Virus record (IMG/VR): IMGVR_UViG_3300020045_007074
Span: 1-40,635 of that record
Source of the DNA: a virus
Taxonomy: Duplodnaviria > Caudoviricetes
Direction: 5' to 3' (one strand)
Length of the DNA stretch: 40,635 nt
This document shows, piece after piece, positions 27,431 to 38,402 of this stretch; the first letter of the stretch is position 1, and every line of letters begins with the position of its first letter. A program made the position numbers and the translations under genes. The notes below the pieces were generated by a model. The model made no database searches and was not told where the DNA came from. It saw only the letters and a program-made list of their open reading frames with translations.

Positions 27431-29587
27431 TTAATCCTCCCAGTCCACTGTATCGCCTATAAAAGCCTCCCAGTTCTTTCTGGCTTCTTTTAACTCAGGC
27501 ACCACATAAAATCTAGCCCTCCCGTCTTCGCTACTTCTTTTCCTTGTACTAGATAACGTCGGAATGCATTGCCTTAAAAGTTTTGAGATAAGCTCTGCGT
27601 GGGGTATACGAGAATCAATCCTTCTCTCCTTGGTGTATCGCCCAAAGGCAGCTCTAAATTTATCCTTATCAATTTCAGTGCTCCAATCTTGGTCAAAATC
27701 AGAATGAATGACTCTGCCCTCCGCCAGACACTCACCCCAAAATTGGTGCAAAGTATTTAACGAAGAAATTTTTTGGCTAGTTAACGCTGCGGTTGAAGGC
27801 GCTTGGTTTATGTCTACTGTCGATTTTAAATTCATTAGATAGTTAAAAAGGATTGTACTCCCCCCGGCTTTCATGCCGTCATTTATAGCTCCGAAAAAAG
27901 CTGAGTCTTGCTTGCGAGATTCTCCTACGTCTAAAACTGCGAATCGTCTTTCATCTTGAGAAGCTGGAACTAACCAGTCCTCATTTCCGAGCACTATGAC
28001 TCTGGTACAATTGGCCACGGTATACGGCTCTTTACCTTTGCGCTCGATAAAATGTGTTTGCCCCGTTATTAAATCTTTCAAAGTACCTTCCGCTTTTTTA
28101 TCTCCTGACCAGAACGCTTCGTCGAATACAATCATCAATAGTTTTTCCAAATGAGCGTTAAAATTACCGGAGAGATACCTCGGATTACTTACGACTAGAA
28201 AATTAGGTTTAATCAGATCGCCTATTCTTTCTATAAAAACGTTTTTACCTACGCCTTTTCTTCCTCTTAAAACAAGGGCTACCCGTGGTTTTTTCCAAGG
28301 CTTTTGAATTAATTGCGCGATATACGCCATGGCCCAGTCATAAAGTTTTAAGTCATTACCGCAAATGTTTTCTTTTACGTGTGAGAGGTATAATTCAAAA
28401 GCTAATTTCCCCTCTTTTGTCACTGGCGCTTTTTCTGGGACAGAAAACCCTTTCCATAAATTATAATACCCGGTAGGCGCTGGCTTCCCCGGTAGAAAAC
28501 AAAGACCGTGGTAGGTTCTGCGCTCATGAGACTTCATCCAAATAGTAGACATCGGTATTGTTCGACCATTACCTGCCGTCATAGTTTGCGACGCGATTAA
28601 ATTATTAAAAGAAGGGATGTTTAAAAAATCAATGGTGTTATTTCCGTCAGAGTTTTTTAATTCTCTCAATACGTATCCGCCTCCGCCGATAACAATATAC
28701 GCAAATTCTTTGTTTAGTTCTTGTACAGGACTTAATTTCTCCGCTTCAATTGGTACTTTCTCAAACAAAAGTTCAGGGGCATTTATGCCTACAGGTTCTA
28801 CGCCGTACCTGTACGCATTTTCAACTTTAGTTCTTAAATCATGAGCCGCCCACGGTGGGGAGCATCGCTCATTCCACATTAGCATTAACCTAAATGCTTG
28901 ATTTAACCCCAGCCCAAAATCTTTTATTTTGCAGGCCACGGCGAACGTGGTGTGATCGCCGGATGCGCCGTCTACTGCGATAGGGGCTTCGTTTTCTAAA
29001 TAATATTTTGCTCTTTTAACGGCGCTTTCAATATTAATGGGAGCGTCAATCACTAAAATAGTTTTTTCTTTCGGCGTCCCGCAGGCAAAAATTAATTTCT
29101 CAGGAGATTCGAGTAAGTCTTCTCCTTCAAATGAATATTTAACTCCATTTATTATCGACCCCGCGCCTACTAAATACCCGCCCTTTGATCTTATATCGAG
29201 CCCAGGTCCTAAAACATTGACCCCTTGCTTAACTGCCTCTTTTACTTTGTATATTAAATGCTTTCCGCCAGTGGGTGTGGTCTGAGTAAAAGTAGGAGGG
29301 AATTCAAAGCCTTCCATTTCTCTTTCTATTAAAGTCAGATCGCCGCGCTTTCCTTCTTTGACGTCAACGTCTACTGCAAGGAGCGCTTCTTTTCCGCCAT
29401 TGTATTTTCCAGTAAAAATTCCGATGTTAGCGTCAGGCCATTTGCCCCACCATTCTCTTATTTTTTCCTCGTCGTGAGTAGCAAGTTCTGGCCATTGTTT
29501 TATCATCGGCTCTTTGCCGTTTGGTATGACCGGAAAAACATAGAAATGTTTTGAAGCTAAAAGTAATGCGTCATCAAGTAAACTCAT
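27431..29587 (-). CDS. Bifunctional primase-polymerase fused to PriCT-like and SF3-type (DUF5906-like) helicase domains
   Basis: ANIGI.TG, VDVD, TPTGGKH, DIR..GGY; Walker A GRKGVGKN, Walker B VFDEA. Confidence 0.9.
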   Translation of the reverse strand: MSLLDDALLLASKHFYVFPVIPNGKEPMIKQWPELATHDEEKIREWWGKWPDANIGIFTGKYNGGKEALLAVDVDVKEGKRGDLTLIEREMEGFEFPPTFTQTTPTGGKHLIYKVKEAVKQGVNVLGPGLDIRSKGGYLVGAGSIINGVKYSFEGEDLLESPEKLIFACGTPKEKTILVIDAPINIESAVKRAKYYLENEAPIAVDGASGDHTTFAVACKIKDFGLGLNQAFRLMLMWNERCSPPWAAHDLRTKVENAYRYGVEPVGINAPELLFEKVPIEAEKLSPVQELNKEFAYIVIGGGGYVLRELKNSDGNNTIDFLNIPSFNNLIASQTMTAGNGRTIPMSTIWMKSHERRTYHGLCFLPGKPAPTGYYNLWKGFSVPEKAPVTKEGKLAFELYLSHVKENICGNDLKLYDWAMAYIAQLIQKPWKKPRVALVLRGRKGVGKNVFIERIGDLIKPNFLVVSNPRYLSGNFNAHLEKLLMIVFDEAFWSGDKKAEGTLKDLITGQTHFIERKGKEPYTVANCTRVIVLGNEDWLVPASQDERRFAVLDVGESRKQDSAFFGAINDGMKAGGSTILFNYLMNLKSTVDINQAPSTAALTSQKISSLNTLHQFWGECLAEGRVIHSDFDQDWSTEIDKDKFRAAFGRYTKERRIDSRIPHAELISKLLRQCIPTLSSTRKRSSEDGRARFYVVPELKEARKNWEAFIGDTVDWED

Positions 29588-31578
29588 TTACGGTAGCGCT
29601 CCCCCCGCCAGCCTTCGCACTCTACCGGCAAACCCTCTGCCCAAAGAGGTAACTCTGACATTATCTTTTCCATTTCTTCAACCGACCCAAATTCTTTTGG
29701 AACTTCGCAAACTATTTCGTCATGCACATGCATCGTGATAGGATAATTTTTTTCTTCTAGTCTTATCATTGCTTCAGCCAAAATATCTCTCGCCACGGCC
29801 TGAGTAACATTCTCCGCGAGTAACCCGCCATAGGCAGTTTGTCTCTCCCACTTTTTAGTTAGTGAGTTTTCTCCCATGTAAGTTAGCGCGTCTTTTTTTG
29901 CTCCCCAAGGAGTAGTCACCTCTTGAATCTTGGGGTAAGGGTAGCAAATCACGCGGCCTGAAGGCAGGCAACACCAAAGGAAAGATCCTTTGATTTTATA
30001 TTTTATTTTTCTATTTTGAGGCCCGACCTGGGCTGTAGTTCCGGGGTTAAACACCGCAGACATTGCCGCATTTTCTAAACTATACCAGTAGTTTACAGTC
30101 TTTGGATGCGCCGCACGCCAAGCTAGTTTAATTTCTTCGGCCTGTTCGTCGGGAATATTTACGGAATACACTTTAGCCATGGACTGAAACGCTCCGACCC
30201 CGCCTTGATACCCGCACGCAAGCTCCGCCACTTTGCCTATTAACCTTTTCCAGTAGTCAACTTCTTCTAGTGTGCAATTATAAATCCTCTGCGCCGAGAG
30301 TTTATAAAGATCAATCCCGATACCATTATCAAAATCAGCGAAAGCTTTTACTTTCCATTTCTCGTCCGCAAGCCACGCAAGTATGCGCCCCTCAATATTA
30401 GAAAAGTCTGCGGCGATTAAATCTTTTCCGGGTTCAGCTCCTATAAACCCTCTCAAACAATCTGAAATAACCGAAAGTGTAGGCCCGTAAAACATATCTA
30501 TTGTTTCAGTAGTAATTTTTTTATTTTTCTCGTGAGAGAATAATGAGAAAACATTTTCAATATCATTCTGAGAAATTTTATTTCTAGGGAAATTTTGCGG
30601 CTGTATCCTGCGTCCGGCCCATCTACCTGTTCCAGCGCCGTGGTATTGAAAGATAGATCGTATGCGGCCACTATCGTCACAAGACCCACGCATAGAACTG
30701 AGCTTGGCTGTTGAAGATTTGGCGGCCTCTTGTCTTAATAGTAATGCTTTTCTTACTGGATCTGGAAGGTCTTCTTTTTCTAGTAGTTTTACCACGTCGT
30801 TTCTAGCGACTCCGGGTAGATCAACCCCTTGCCACTTGACCCATTCTGTTAATTGAGCGACTGCCGTACACATACAAACTGCGTTGTTAGTGACTGCCTT
30901 CATTTCATCGTCTAGTCTTTTCTTTTCTATCTCAATTAAATCAATGGCGTAGTCCATTGCGGGAACGTTTGCGTAAATACCTCGCTGATTAATTTTATGA
31001 TCAAGCTCCCAAATTTTTTTTTCAATTTTTGACAGAGGAAGAAGTCTTTTGTAAAGATGTCTTTCGACTTCAATGTCTTGGACGCAATACGAATACATTT
31101 TCTCCCATTTTTCTGGATCGTCAGTGTACTCCCAAAATCTTCCGTTGAGACGAGGTTGAGCTAATTGCAGCATTATCCTCTGCCCCTTCATATCTTTTTT
31201 AGCGTCGATACCGGCGGCAAGCGCCGCTTTTTCTAACGATCCGGGCATCGCCATGGCGTAGCTCATGGCCATAGTGCAAGTTAACTGCTCTGTTTTTAAC
31301 TCGGGTAAAAAAGGAAATTCCTTGCGCCAGGCATTGTTCCACACGACCCATTCAAAAGGTGCGTTATGCGCCACAACTTCGCCGCCTTTTTCGACGTGAT
31401 CTATGACGGCAGGCTCCGGGCATTCCCCGATTCTATTTAAAAAGACAGGCTCGTCATTAAATGCATACCCGAATGCCATGACCCGAGTAGAATTGTCCCG
31501 CGCATAAATATCGGCGCCACACTTTCGCAAGTCGATGGCCGATCTTGTTTCAAAATCAATAAACAATATGTCTGACAT
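29584..31578 (-). CDS. Family A DNA polymerase with 3'-5' exonuclease
   Basis: [19 protein letters not shown]; motif A DFSNIE, motif [14 protein letters not shown], motif C HVHDE. Confidence 0.95.
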   Translation of the reverse strand: MSDILFIDFETRSAIDLRKCGADIYARDNSTRVMAFGYAFNDEPVFLNRIGECPEPAVIDHVEKGGEVVAHNAPFEWVVWNNAWRKEFPFLPELKTEQLTCTMAMSYAMAMPGSLEKAALAAGIDAKKDMKGQRIMLQLAQPRLNGRFWEYTDDPEKWEKMYSYCVQDIEVERHLYKRLLPLSKIEKKIWELDHKINQRGIYANVPAMDYAIDLIEIEKKRLDDEMKAVTNNAVCMCTAVAQLTEWVKWQGVDLPGVARNDVVKLLEKEDLPDPVRKALLLRQEAAKSSTAKLSSMRGSCDDSGRIRSIFQYHGAGTGRWAGRRIQPQNFPRNKISQNDIENVFSLFSHEKNKKITTETIDMFYGPTLSVISDCLRGFIGAEPGKDLIAADFSNIEGRILAWLADEKWKVKAFADFDNGIGIDLYKLSAQRIYNCTLEEVDYWKRLIGKVAELACGYQGGVGAFQSMAKVYSVNIPDEQAEEIKLAWRAAHPKTVNYWYSLENAAMSAVFNPGTTAQVGPQNRKIKYKIKGSFLWCCLPSGRVICYPYPKIQEVTTPWGAKKDALTYMGENSLTKKWERQTAYGGLLAENVTQAVARDILAEAMIRLEEKNYPITMHVHDEIVCEVPKEFGSVEEMEKIMSELPLWAEGLPVECEGWRGERYRK

Positions 31579-31644
31579 TTTTCCCCTGAGAAAAGGAGGC
31601 TTTTAATTTGTTACGCCCAGAGCCCCGCAGAACTGGCCGATTTG

Positions 31645-32208
31645 TTAGAAAATAGAAGAAGCGTCTTTGGCCTCGACGGTTTCTTCCATTTCTACATGTG
31701 CGAATGCGTCTTCAACTTTGATACGAGAACCGAGAGGATCTCCCTCTTTAACTTTTTGAACATGTTGAAGACCGAAATTAACCCCGGCGTTTCCGGCTTG
31801 AAGGTATGCATAGCAAGTAACATACGCCCGAGCAAAACATCCGGCATAAAATTCCGTCTCGTCGATGATATCTTCGGTGTTTTGGTTAACTACCCCGGGT
31901 TTCTGATTTGATTTTAAAGACATAAAAACAGCGCCGGGGGTATAAATGTCCGCGAGCACTTCTTTACCGTCAATTTCTTTTGTTTTTAAAACTTGATCTT
32001 TGAAAGGACTTCTTAAATTCTTAGGCCACTTCTTTTGATCTGGCCCGAATTTTTCGATAAGAGCCTCTTGTGCCATTTTTTTCATGCCTGAAAGATCGGC
32101 CTTTTTATCAAACAAAGCTTCAACAGAATACTCGAGCTTATTATTCATCTTGTTTAATTTTGGTTTAAAAACATTCGGGTAACTGACTCTAAAAACGGGT
32201 GTTAACAT
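31645..32208 (-). CDS. ssb: ssDNA-binding protein (DUF2815 / T7 gp2.5-like)
   Basis: RVSYPNVFKP, FYAGC, GVNFGL..VQ, acidic tail ending in F. Confidence 0.85.
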   Translation of the reverse strand: MLTPVFRVSYPNVFKPKLNKMNNKLEYSVEALFDKKADLSGMKKMAQEALIEKFGPDQKKWPKNLRSPFKDQVLKTKEIDGKEVLADIYTPGAVFMSLKSNQKPGVVNQNTEDIIDETEFYAGCFARAYVTCYAYLQAGNAGVNFGLQHVQKVKEGDPLGSRIKVEDAFAHVEMEETVEAKDASSIF

Positions 32209-32219
32209 GATTTCTCCTT

Positions 32220-33344
32220 TTATTCGGTTATTTGGTTAAATACTTCTTTTGCTTCTAACATTTTAACTGTTTCTCTTTTATCACTCTCATGAACTAGCGT
32301 TGTGCCTGAACTTTCCTTAACGATTAAGTGATCAAATTTAACAAATTCTTTTTTGCCGATGAATGTTTCAAGCTGCGCCACACTTTTTAATTCAGGAGCA
32401 GTGTAAAAATCACGAGCGTAATTAGGATTAAAATTTACTTCAACAAATTTATTTGTTTCTCCGAGATCACGCCATTTTCTTGTGGCGCGCTTTTCTACCA
32501 GTTTAAAACGCGGAGGGCAGCGGCCTTGCATCGCCTCTGAGTAAGCAAACTCGCGCACACTTTTTATATAATCCTCTATGGTGGGGAGCCAGCTCAAGGT
32601 CTCGGAAAGTTTTGCCGGGTCATAGCTCATTTCAGGTTTGAAAATTTCCCGCGCCACGAGCTGCGCTTTCTCGGTTAGCGCGGGACATATTCCGGCAGCG
32701 GGACAAAACCGACACCAATCGCCAGGGTGGAAAGACGCTTTGGGGTCTTCGGTCCTAACTGCCGCCTCTTTTAAATCTGCAATAAAATCTAATAAATCAA
32801 TTGTATCAAACTCCCAGGATCTTACGACACCCCCGGAGTGATTCGCTCTTGGTTGAACTATCGTGATTTTTACCCTACTGACTGGATATTTTGTAGAAAG
32901 TAAAGCCCCTACCGCGTAGTACATTAACTGCTCGTTATACTCGACGTCGACTGAAATGCCTGCGCCATGTTTATAGTCTATAACTTCGAGTAAATTCTGA
33001 TTTTTTATGTGCATCACGCAATCCGCAGTCCCGTACAATCCGGGATGCACTTCTGATAAATCAAATGCGTGTTCTACCATCATTTCAACATGATTCGCGC
33101 TTACTTTTTGTAGGACGTAATCGGTGTAAACTTTCACCGCTTCTTTTGTTTCAGCGTCTATACCTTCGGGCCATTTTCTATTTTTTAAAAAATATTCGGC
33201 GGCATCGTGTGCTCTAGTACCTTCCTCTGCGTAAACAGAAGAAGTTTTGACGATGCCTTTTGATAATCTAACTGAGCCCGGACAATTCCCCCAACGGTGC
33301 ATCGAGGATGCGCCAATAGGCGAATGCGTTTTTTCTGTTTTCAT
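32220..33344 (-). CDS. DUF2800 Cas4-like PD-(D/E)XK exonuclease
   Basis: RW..CPGS, GTADC, IDYKHG, QLMYYA, CRFC...C. Confidence 0.88.
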   Translation of the reverse strand: MKTEKTHSPIGASSMHRWGNCPGSVRLSKGIVKTSSVYAEEGTRAHDAAEYFLKNRKWPEGIDAETKEAVKVYTDYVLQKVSANHVEMMVEHAFDLSEVHPGLYGTADCVMHIKNQNLLEVIDYKHGAGISVDVEYNEQLMYYAVGALLSTKYPVSRVKITIVQPRANHSGGVVRSWEFDTIDLLDFIADLKEAAVRTEDPKASFHPGDWCRFCPAAGICPALTEKAQLVAREIFKPEMSYDPAKLSETLSWLPTIEDYIKSVREFAYSEAMQGRCPPRFKLVEKRATRKWRDLGETNKFVEVNFNPNYARDFYTAPELKSVAQLETFIGKKEFVKFDHLIVKESSGTTLVHESDKRETVKMLEAKEVFNQITE

Positions 33345-33346
33345 TT

Positions 33347-33784
33347 TTAGTTTCCGGCTTCCGACATGCAGCTTTCATAAAAAGAGGCGTAATCAGATTC
33401 TTTTAGCTCTGATAACCTCTGACATGGAACGCCTTTTTCAGTTTTAAATTTTGATAGAATCAATCTGGCGGCTGGCAGGCCCTTTGTATTATTTAAAACT
33501 TGCAGCGCTGAGGTCGCCTCTATTTTTGTAATTTGAATGGGCGTTGTGTCGGCCACAAGGGTAGTTGTTGTGGTAAATGTGGGTGTGGTGGGCGTAGCGG
33601 GTGTGGTAGGTGCCGCTTTCTTTTTATTTTTAATTTCTTTTACCGGAGCGTCTGGCGCTTTAACTGCGACAGTAGGTGAGGCCGCAATTTCTACTCCTTG
33701 AGTTTTTAAATCTCTTTGAAGTGTTTCTAGAATTACTGCAAGTTCTTTTGTGGACGTGAACGGAATATTAATTGATACATGCAT
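33347..33784 (-). CDS. Hypothetical protein with P/T-rich linker
   Basis: C-terminal RLSELKESDY motif typical of the gene upstream of DUF2800. Confidence 0.7.
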   Translation of the reverse strand: MHVSINIPFTSTKELAVILETLQRDLKTQGVEIAASPTVAVKAPDAPVKEIKNKKKAAPTTPATPTTPTFTTTTTLVADTTPIQITKIEATSALQVLNNTKGLPAARLILSKFKTEKGVPCQRLSELKESDYASFYESCMSEAGN

Positions 33785-33833
33785 TTGAAATTTCCCCTTG
33801 TTTTGTTTTTTATTGTTTACCTTGAAGCTATGA

Positions 33834-35210
33834 TTAAAGATTTTTCATTTCTTTGTCAAACAATTCTATCAACTCGCGTGATTTTCTTTTTAAAATCTGA
33901 GAAATTCTCTCGTCATAACTGTCATCAATGGCGACGCATCTTACAAACACTGGTTTTTCTTGCCCAATCCTATGACAACGCTTTGCGGCTTGTGCATTGT
34001 TTCCAGGCACCCAGTCCTGCTCTATAAATAGGACCTGATTACTCGCGGTTAATGTGATCGCGGTCCCACACGCTAAAATATTTCCAATAAATACTTTACA
34101 CCTCGGATCATTTTGGAATTTATCTATGTGGCTTTGCCTCTTTTCTCTAGGTGTGCCCCCATAAAGAGTCACTACCCCGTGTTTAAAGAGTCTTCTTCGT
34201 AACCCGTCGATAACGTTTTGGTGAATAGCGAAAATAACTATTTTTTCGTACACTCCCGCTTCTAGTTCTTCTTTCACCATTTCGGCAACGGGCGCTACTT
34301 TTTGCATCCCAGTGTACATTCTTAATGTAGAAACAGATTTGGCAAGGCCCTCAAGGACTTTCATTCCGTCCCGCCCCAGTCCTGTTTCTCCGGTAGCTAG
34401 TAAAACTAATTTTTTTTGTTGTTCTAATAATTCTTTTAATTCTTTAGAACGGTCCAGAGGATAAACCCAGCCGATAAGAGCTGAATCAATATCTAAATCC
34501 ACAATGCCGGGTTCAACTACAGTGTCATTAAAAGTTATTTTTGGTAGTTCAAGTAAAACTTGGTCCACGGTTCTCCTTAACATTATTTTATCGAGGATTG
34601 ATCTAAGCTCTGGAATTTTGTCTTTTCTGTTTCCAAGGATCTGGATGCCGTAGGTTGTTCTGAGTGTGATACAGAATTTTGTAAGAAATCTTTCATAAGG
34701 TTCGGATACAACTCCGAAAGTGTAGAGGAGCGGCCACAATTCTCCGTAGTGATTTGGCGCAGGTGTTCCACTAAGCGCCCAGGTTCTTTTTGCATGTCTT
34801 ATAAATCCTTTCGATCCAAGTATTTGTCTAGTTCTTTTTGCAGTTGTACTCTTGAGAAAGTGTACTTCATCAAGAATAAGTAAATCAAAATCGCCGAGAT
34901 CGCAAGGTGCAACGGATAACGCGAGATCATAAGAGCAAATGACTGAGTTAGGGCCAGAAACTTTTTGCCCTCGTTTTGTAATGACGTCAAAATTGTAGGA
35001 GTGTTCGGAGAATTTGCTAAACTCTCGCATCCAGTTAATGCGAGCGATACTAGGACATATAACGAGAATCCGTTTGGCTTGCACCTCATTAGCCGCACAA
35101 ATTGCTTGCGCTGATTTTCCAAGGCCCATTTCGTCAGCAAGTAGTGCCAGCTTTTTAGTTTGTAACCACGCGATGCCTTCATTTTGGTATTGATAAAGTG
35201 TTTCATGCAT
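33834..35210 (-). CDS. SNF2-family helicase
   Basis: LADEMGLGKS, DEVH, LSGTP, QAAKRCHRIGQ. Confidence 0.93.
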   Translation of the reverse strand: MHETLYQYQNEGIAWLQTKKLALLADEMGLGKSAQAICAANEVQAKRILVICPSIARINWMREFSKFSEHSYNFDVITKRGQKVSGPNSVICSYDLALSVAPCDLGDFDLLILDEVHFLKSTTAKRTRQILGSKGFIRHAKRTWALSGTPAPNHYGELWPLLYTFGVVSEPYERFLTKFCITLRTTYGIQILGNRKDKIPELRSILDKIMLRRTVDQVLLELPKITFNDTVVEPGIVDLDIDSALIGWVYPLDRSKELKELLEQQKKLVLLATGETGLGRDGMKVLEGLAKSVSTLRMYTGMQKVAPVAEMVKEELEAGVYEKIVIFAIHQNVIDGLRRRLFKHGVVTLYGGTPREKRQSHIDKFQNDPRCKVFIGNILACGTAITLTASNQVLFIEQDWVPGNNAQAAKRCHRIGQEKPVFVRCVAIDDSYDERISQILKRKSRELIELFDKEMKNL

Positions 35211-35308
35211 TTTTTGATAAACAATTCCGAATCATGCGTTTTAGTAAAAGTAACTCTTCATTGGTTAGGTTAGTAAAAAGTTTCATTCTTCACTCCCACT
35301 TTATTGAT

Positions 35309-35527
35309 TTAATCGCCACGGCTTAACAATCCTAATAAATCTTTAAGCGCTGTGTGGTCTTTCATTAAACTGGCGTATCTTTGCCTTACATATTCTAGTT
35401 CTTTTTCTAATCTTTTCTCATTAATTTCCATAGTATGAATTTTAGATTGAAGCTTTGAAATATGCTCTGCCTGGACTTTATTAGTGTGCCAGTACGTTTC
35501 TAATTCTTTTTTTTCTTTAGCGTTCAT
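35309..35527 (-). CDS. Hypothetical coiled-coil protein
   Basis: 72 aa, ATGA overlap. Confidence 0.6.
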   Translation of the reverse strand: MNAKEKKELETYWHTNKVQAEHISKLQSKIHTMEINEKRLEKELEYVRQRYASLMKDHTALKDLLGLLSRGD

Positions 35528-35739
35528 TCGTCACCTAATGCTTTGCGGGCTGTTCTAATGCAAAATCTAGTTGTTTCGGTCCAATCATTATCAACCGTTT
35601 GCTTTGATATTTTCTCCAAAGCCTCAGTGAGCTTTTTTACTCTAGCGATGAGCCACGGTACATCTAATCCGCATGAGCACCTTTTCTCGTATGCATATTC
35701 TCGGTTATCAATCTGTTTTATTTTTTCTGATGGTTTCAT
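35524..35739 (-). CDS. Hypothetical protein
   Basis: 71 aa; DVPWLIARVKKLTEAL motif. Confidence 0.6.
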   Translation of the reverse strand: MKPSEKIKQIDNREYAYEKRCSCGLDVPWLIARVKKLTEALEKISKQTVDNDWTETTRFCIRTARKALGDE

Positions 35740-36044
35740 ACCGTCATATCCTTATAAGGTAGCCCACATTTTCGCATTGCACCTACTAACTCGGATATTA
35801 ATAGGGCTTTTCTTTTTATCGCGTCGCTTGCCTCATATCGTTCTTCGCTTTCGCAAACTCTAAGAGCATGTTTACAGGCCTCTAGAAGTTCTGGTGCTGC
35901 GGATATTAGTTTTGCCATGTCTAGCAAGTAGCTTGGATCACCTTTGAAATTATAGTCGTCATAAATACATGCGGGGCCAACTTTATGGCAGCGTCCGATT
36001 GAAGTTGGGACTGTTTCAACTTCCCATTTTCCTGGTGTTCTCAT
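35736..36044 (-). CDS. Phage hypothetical protein
   Basis: TPGKW...LISAAPELLEAC pattern common in phage early regions. Confidence 0.7.
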   Translation of the reverse strand: MRTPGKWEVETVPTSIGRCHKVGPACIYDDYNFKGDPSYLLDMAKLISAAPELLEACKHALRVCESEERYEASDAIKRKALLISELVGAMRKCGLPYKDMTV

Positions 36045-36110
36045 TTCACATCCTCGCTCAAGGCTTCTTCTTTATTCATTCCCGTTCGGGAACTTTGTTC
36101 GCCTTTATCA

Positions 36111-36407
36111 TCACTTTTTGTCATTTTGTTCCTCATCGGGAATAATCCACTTTCGATATTTGTCTAAAACTTTAAATATTTCCTGCAAATTATGGATAGC
36201 TTCTTTTTTATCTTCATAGTCAAAGAAAGTTTGAGTTGTTTTAATAGATTCAACCAGCTCCCTCATCATCTCCGAGTCACGGAAAGCGGCAAAGCCTGCG
36301 TTGAAAGCTGCGCGGAAAGCATCGTCAAATATTTTATCTTCATAGGTTACTGGTTTTTCACCACAATACTCTTCTCTCAACTTCTCTATTTCATCGGGGA
36401 GTTTCAT
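36111..36407 (-). CDS. Hypothetical protein
   Basis: 98-aa ORF in co-oriented run. Confidence 0.6.
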   Translation of the reverse strand: MKLPDEIEKLREEYCGEKPVTYEDKIFDDAFRAAFNAGFAAFRDSEMMRELVESIKTTQTFFDYEDKKEAIHNLQEIFKVLDKYRKWIIPDEEQNDKK

Positions 36408-36579
36408 TCCATTCCTTTGTCTCTACAAAATCATTAGTTACTAACCATTTATATATTTTACTACAATCCTCTTCCGGCATTGCTGGAGGATAACAAACAT
36501 TTTTTATAGATATATGCCAACCACTGTAGGCTCCACAATCACAAATAACACAAGAATCCATGAACTTAGGTATTTTCAT
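36391..36579 (-). CDS. Hypothetical Cys-containing protein
   Basis: 62 aa with C-x2-C. Confidence 0.5.
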   Translation of the reverse strand: MKIPKFMDSCVICDCGAYSGWHISIKNVCYPPAMPEEDCSKIYKWLVTNDFVETKEWNETPR

Positions 36580-36670
36580 CTCATCTTGTCCAGTACAATA
36601 AACACCAACAAACCAAAGAGTGTAATAACTATTATCGTAATTACTGACAGTCTAGAGAGGATAATTTCGA

Positions 36671-37273
36671 TCATGAAACTAACTCAATTAGCAAGTCTTT
36701 AAAATTGTTTGGTGTTATTAGTCTCTGCCGTTTGGATAGCCTTTGACAAACGCCTGTTTTTATTAAGCGAGCTCTCTCCTCTTTAGAGTGAAATCCTTCG
36801 TCTAAAAGGGTTTTGCCTTTGCACCGGCCCCATGTGAGCTCTTTAAAATTAATGTTCACTCCATAAAGCCAAGTTAATTTTTGTCCTCTATGCCCGTAGT
36901 GACCTTGGGCCACGCAACAAGAGCGCCCACCATATTTATCTGCGGAGGTCCAGCCGCCTTTTTGATTTGGTATTGGTAGACCATAGTAATGAAATGCATG
37001 GCTTGCTTCTGGGTGTTCGAGTACCCCACCAAAGGTTCTAACGGACCAAAGAGCATGGGCAAAACAGCCCTCATCGTTGCCTAGCAATTTTTGTTTTTCA
37101 GTTCCATGGAGCATTGGCCCACCTCCCCAATATCTTCCCCAACGTTCACATGGCGGGTGAGCAATAACTTTGTGAGGACCTTTATATTTTCGAGCATCCC
37201 TATCAACCGGCCAGGCGTCTATACCTTCCGCAAAATAGGGGCCTTTATTTTCTACAAATAACGCTGCAATCAT
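36671..37273 (-). CDS. Degenerate C5 cytosine methyltransferase-like protein
   Basis: VIAHPPC (motif IV-like), LEHP (VI-like), QGHYGH...KLTWLY (VIII-like); no clear FxGxG. Confidence 0.55.
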   Translation of the reverse strand: MIAALFVENKGPYFAEGIDAWPVDRDARKYKGPHKVIAHPPCERWGRYWGGGPMLHGTEKQKLLGNDEGCFAHALWSVRTFGGVLEHPEASHAFHYYGLPIPNQKGGWTSADKYGGRSCCVAQGHYGHRGQKLTWLYGVNINFKELTWGRCKGKTLLDEGFHSKEERARLIKTGVCQRLSKRQRLITPNNFKDLLIELVS

Positions 37274-37306
37274 AACCTATGTCGTCAGAATAAAAGTATT
37301 TATCTT

Positions 37307-37762
37307 TCATCCCCAAAACCTCTTTCCGAAATGCGCAAGCAACGCGGCCTCCGCTTTTCCCTCGTCTTTTTTTAATGGAAAATAATTTTCGCCGAATAAT
37401 TTAATCGCCATAACTCTTGAATCTTCTTTGTCTCGACTTAACCCCATTGAACCCTTCCAAATTGCAGGTCTGACTAAATACACAGGGATGTTATAGGATG
37501 CAAGAAAACCTTTTATCAAACCAAAACTCTGCCCAAAATTAAACATCGAAACCACACCTTGACCGGGCATCGCGCCTACTTCTTCTAACACTGCAAATTT
37601 TACATTCCCTGCAAATGAATCAAAAATTTGCGCCAATATAAACGTGTCGATCTTATTTGTTTTTTTATCAAGAGGCATGGAATGAACGCGCAAAAGCTCC
37701 TCATTTGCGGGGTCATATACGGCCATTGCACCATGAAGGCCCGGGTCTATTCCAAGAATCAT
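37307..37762 (-). CDS. ruvC: RuvC-like Holliday junction resolvase
   Basis: ILGIDPG..GA, VLEEV, QGVVSMFNFG, DEGKAEAAL. Confidence 0.85.
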   Translation of the reverse strand: MILGIDPGLHGAMAVYDPANEELLRVHSMPLDKKTNKIDTFILAQIFDSFAGNVKFAVLEEVGAMPGQGVVSMFNFGQSFGLIKGFLASYNIPVYLVRPAIWKGSMGLSRDKEDSRVMAIKLFGENYFPLKKDEGKAEAALLAHFGKRFWG

Positions 37763-38091
37763 GAAACTCTAGGGTCCATGTCTTCTTTAGTGAGCATGAC
37801 TCCGTCATACGCTGCCGCTTTTAAAATCCAAGGCCATGCCTGAGCAGGGATTACCCCGCCAGTACCTCCTTGACCATTAACTGCGCTTCTATCGTACGTC
37901 CATTTATATATAGATGAAGGGTCGTAGTCGCATCCGACTAACCTAAGAACGCGGCACAATCGCCGAGCATTTCCGAATTTTTTGATGATTCTTTGAGCTT
38001 GATTTTGGGGCACTTCTATCCCCAAAAGATCCTCAATTTTGCCGTGTTTTATGGGTTCTTTGCCCTCGTCAAAACGGTCTAATTTTGCCAT
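37759..38091 (-). CDS. Putative Cro-like DNA-binding regulator
   Basis: IIKKFG..RRLCRVL...PSSIYKW...GGTGGVIP pattern resembles phage Cro-like HTH; first gene behind a promoter. Confidence 0.5.
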   Translation of the reverse strand: MAKLDRFDEGKEPIKHGKIEDLLGIEVPQNQAQRIIKKFGNARRLCRVLRLVGCDYDPSSIYKWTYDRSAVNGQGGTGGVIPAQAWPWILKAAAYDGVMLTKEDMDPRVS

Positions 38092-38121
38092 TCTGCCCCC
38101 TTTTACCCGCCCTTAATGACA

Positions 38122-38150
38122 TTTATAATGCAACATTTTCACGGTGTAAA
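38122..38150 (-). promoter_or_regulatory. Leftward sigma70-type promoter for the replication arm
   Basis: TTTACA, 17 nt, TATAAA on - strand; ATGTTGCAT box inside the spacer. Confidence 0.7.
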
Positions 38151-38166
38151 CATGCATTTTCCAGAC

Positions 38167-38317
38167 AATGCAACATTTAATGCAACATCCCCCGACATTT
38201 TCCACGATTAATGCAACATTTAATGCAACATCCCCCGACATTTTCCACGATTAATGCAACATTTAATGCAACATCCCCCGACATTTTCCACGATTAATGC
38301 AACATTTAATGCAACAT
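38167..38317. repeat. Perfect tandem array, 3.5 x 43 bp
   Basis: AATGCAACATTTAATGCAACATCCCCCGACATTTTCCACGATT at 38167, 38210, 38253; partial at 38296. Confidence 0.97.
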
Positions 38318-38402
38318 TAGCCATGACGCCCCAGCTAAGAAAAATGGACTTGGACCGATATTTGGTGTCATTTTGGCCCCGTTTCGCCTATTTTTGACCA
38401 AA

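Noticed and set aside
32220-33344. Cas4-like gene as part of a CRISPR system
   Set aside because: Sits in the usual exonuclease-SSB-PolA replication module; no other cas genes
38167-38317. Possible mini-CRISPR array
   Set aside because: The segments between repeats are identical, so there are no unique spacers; it is a plain tandem repeat
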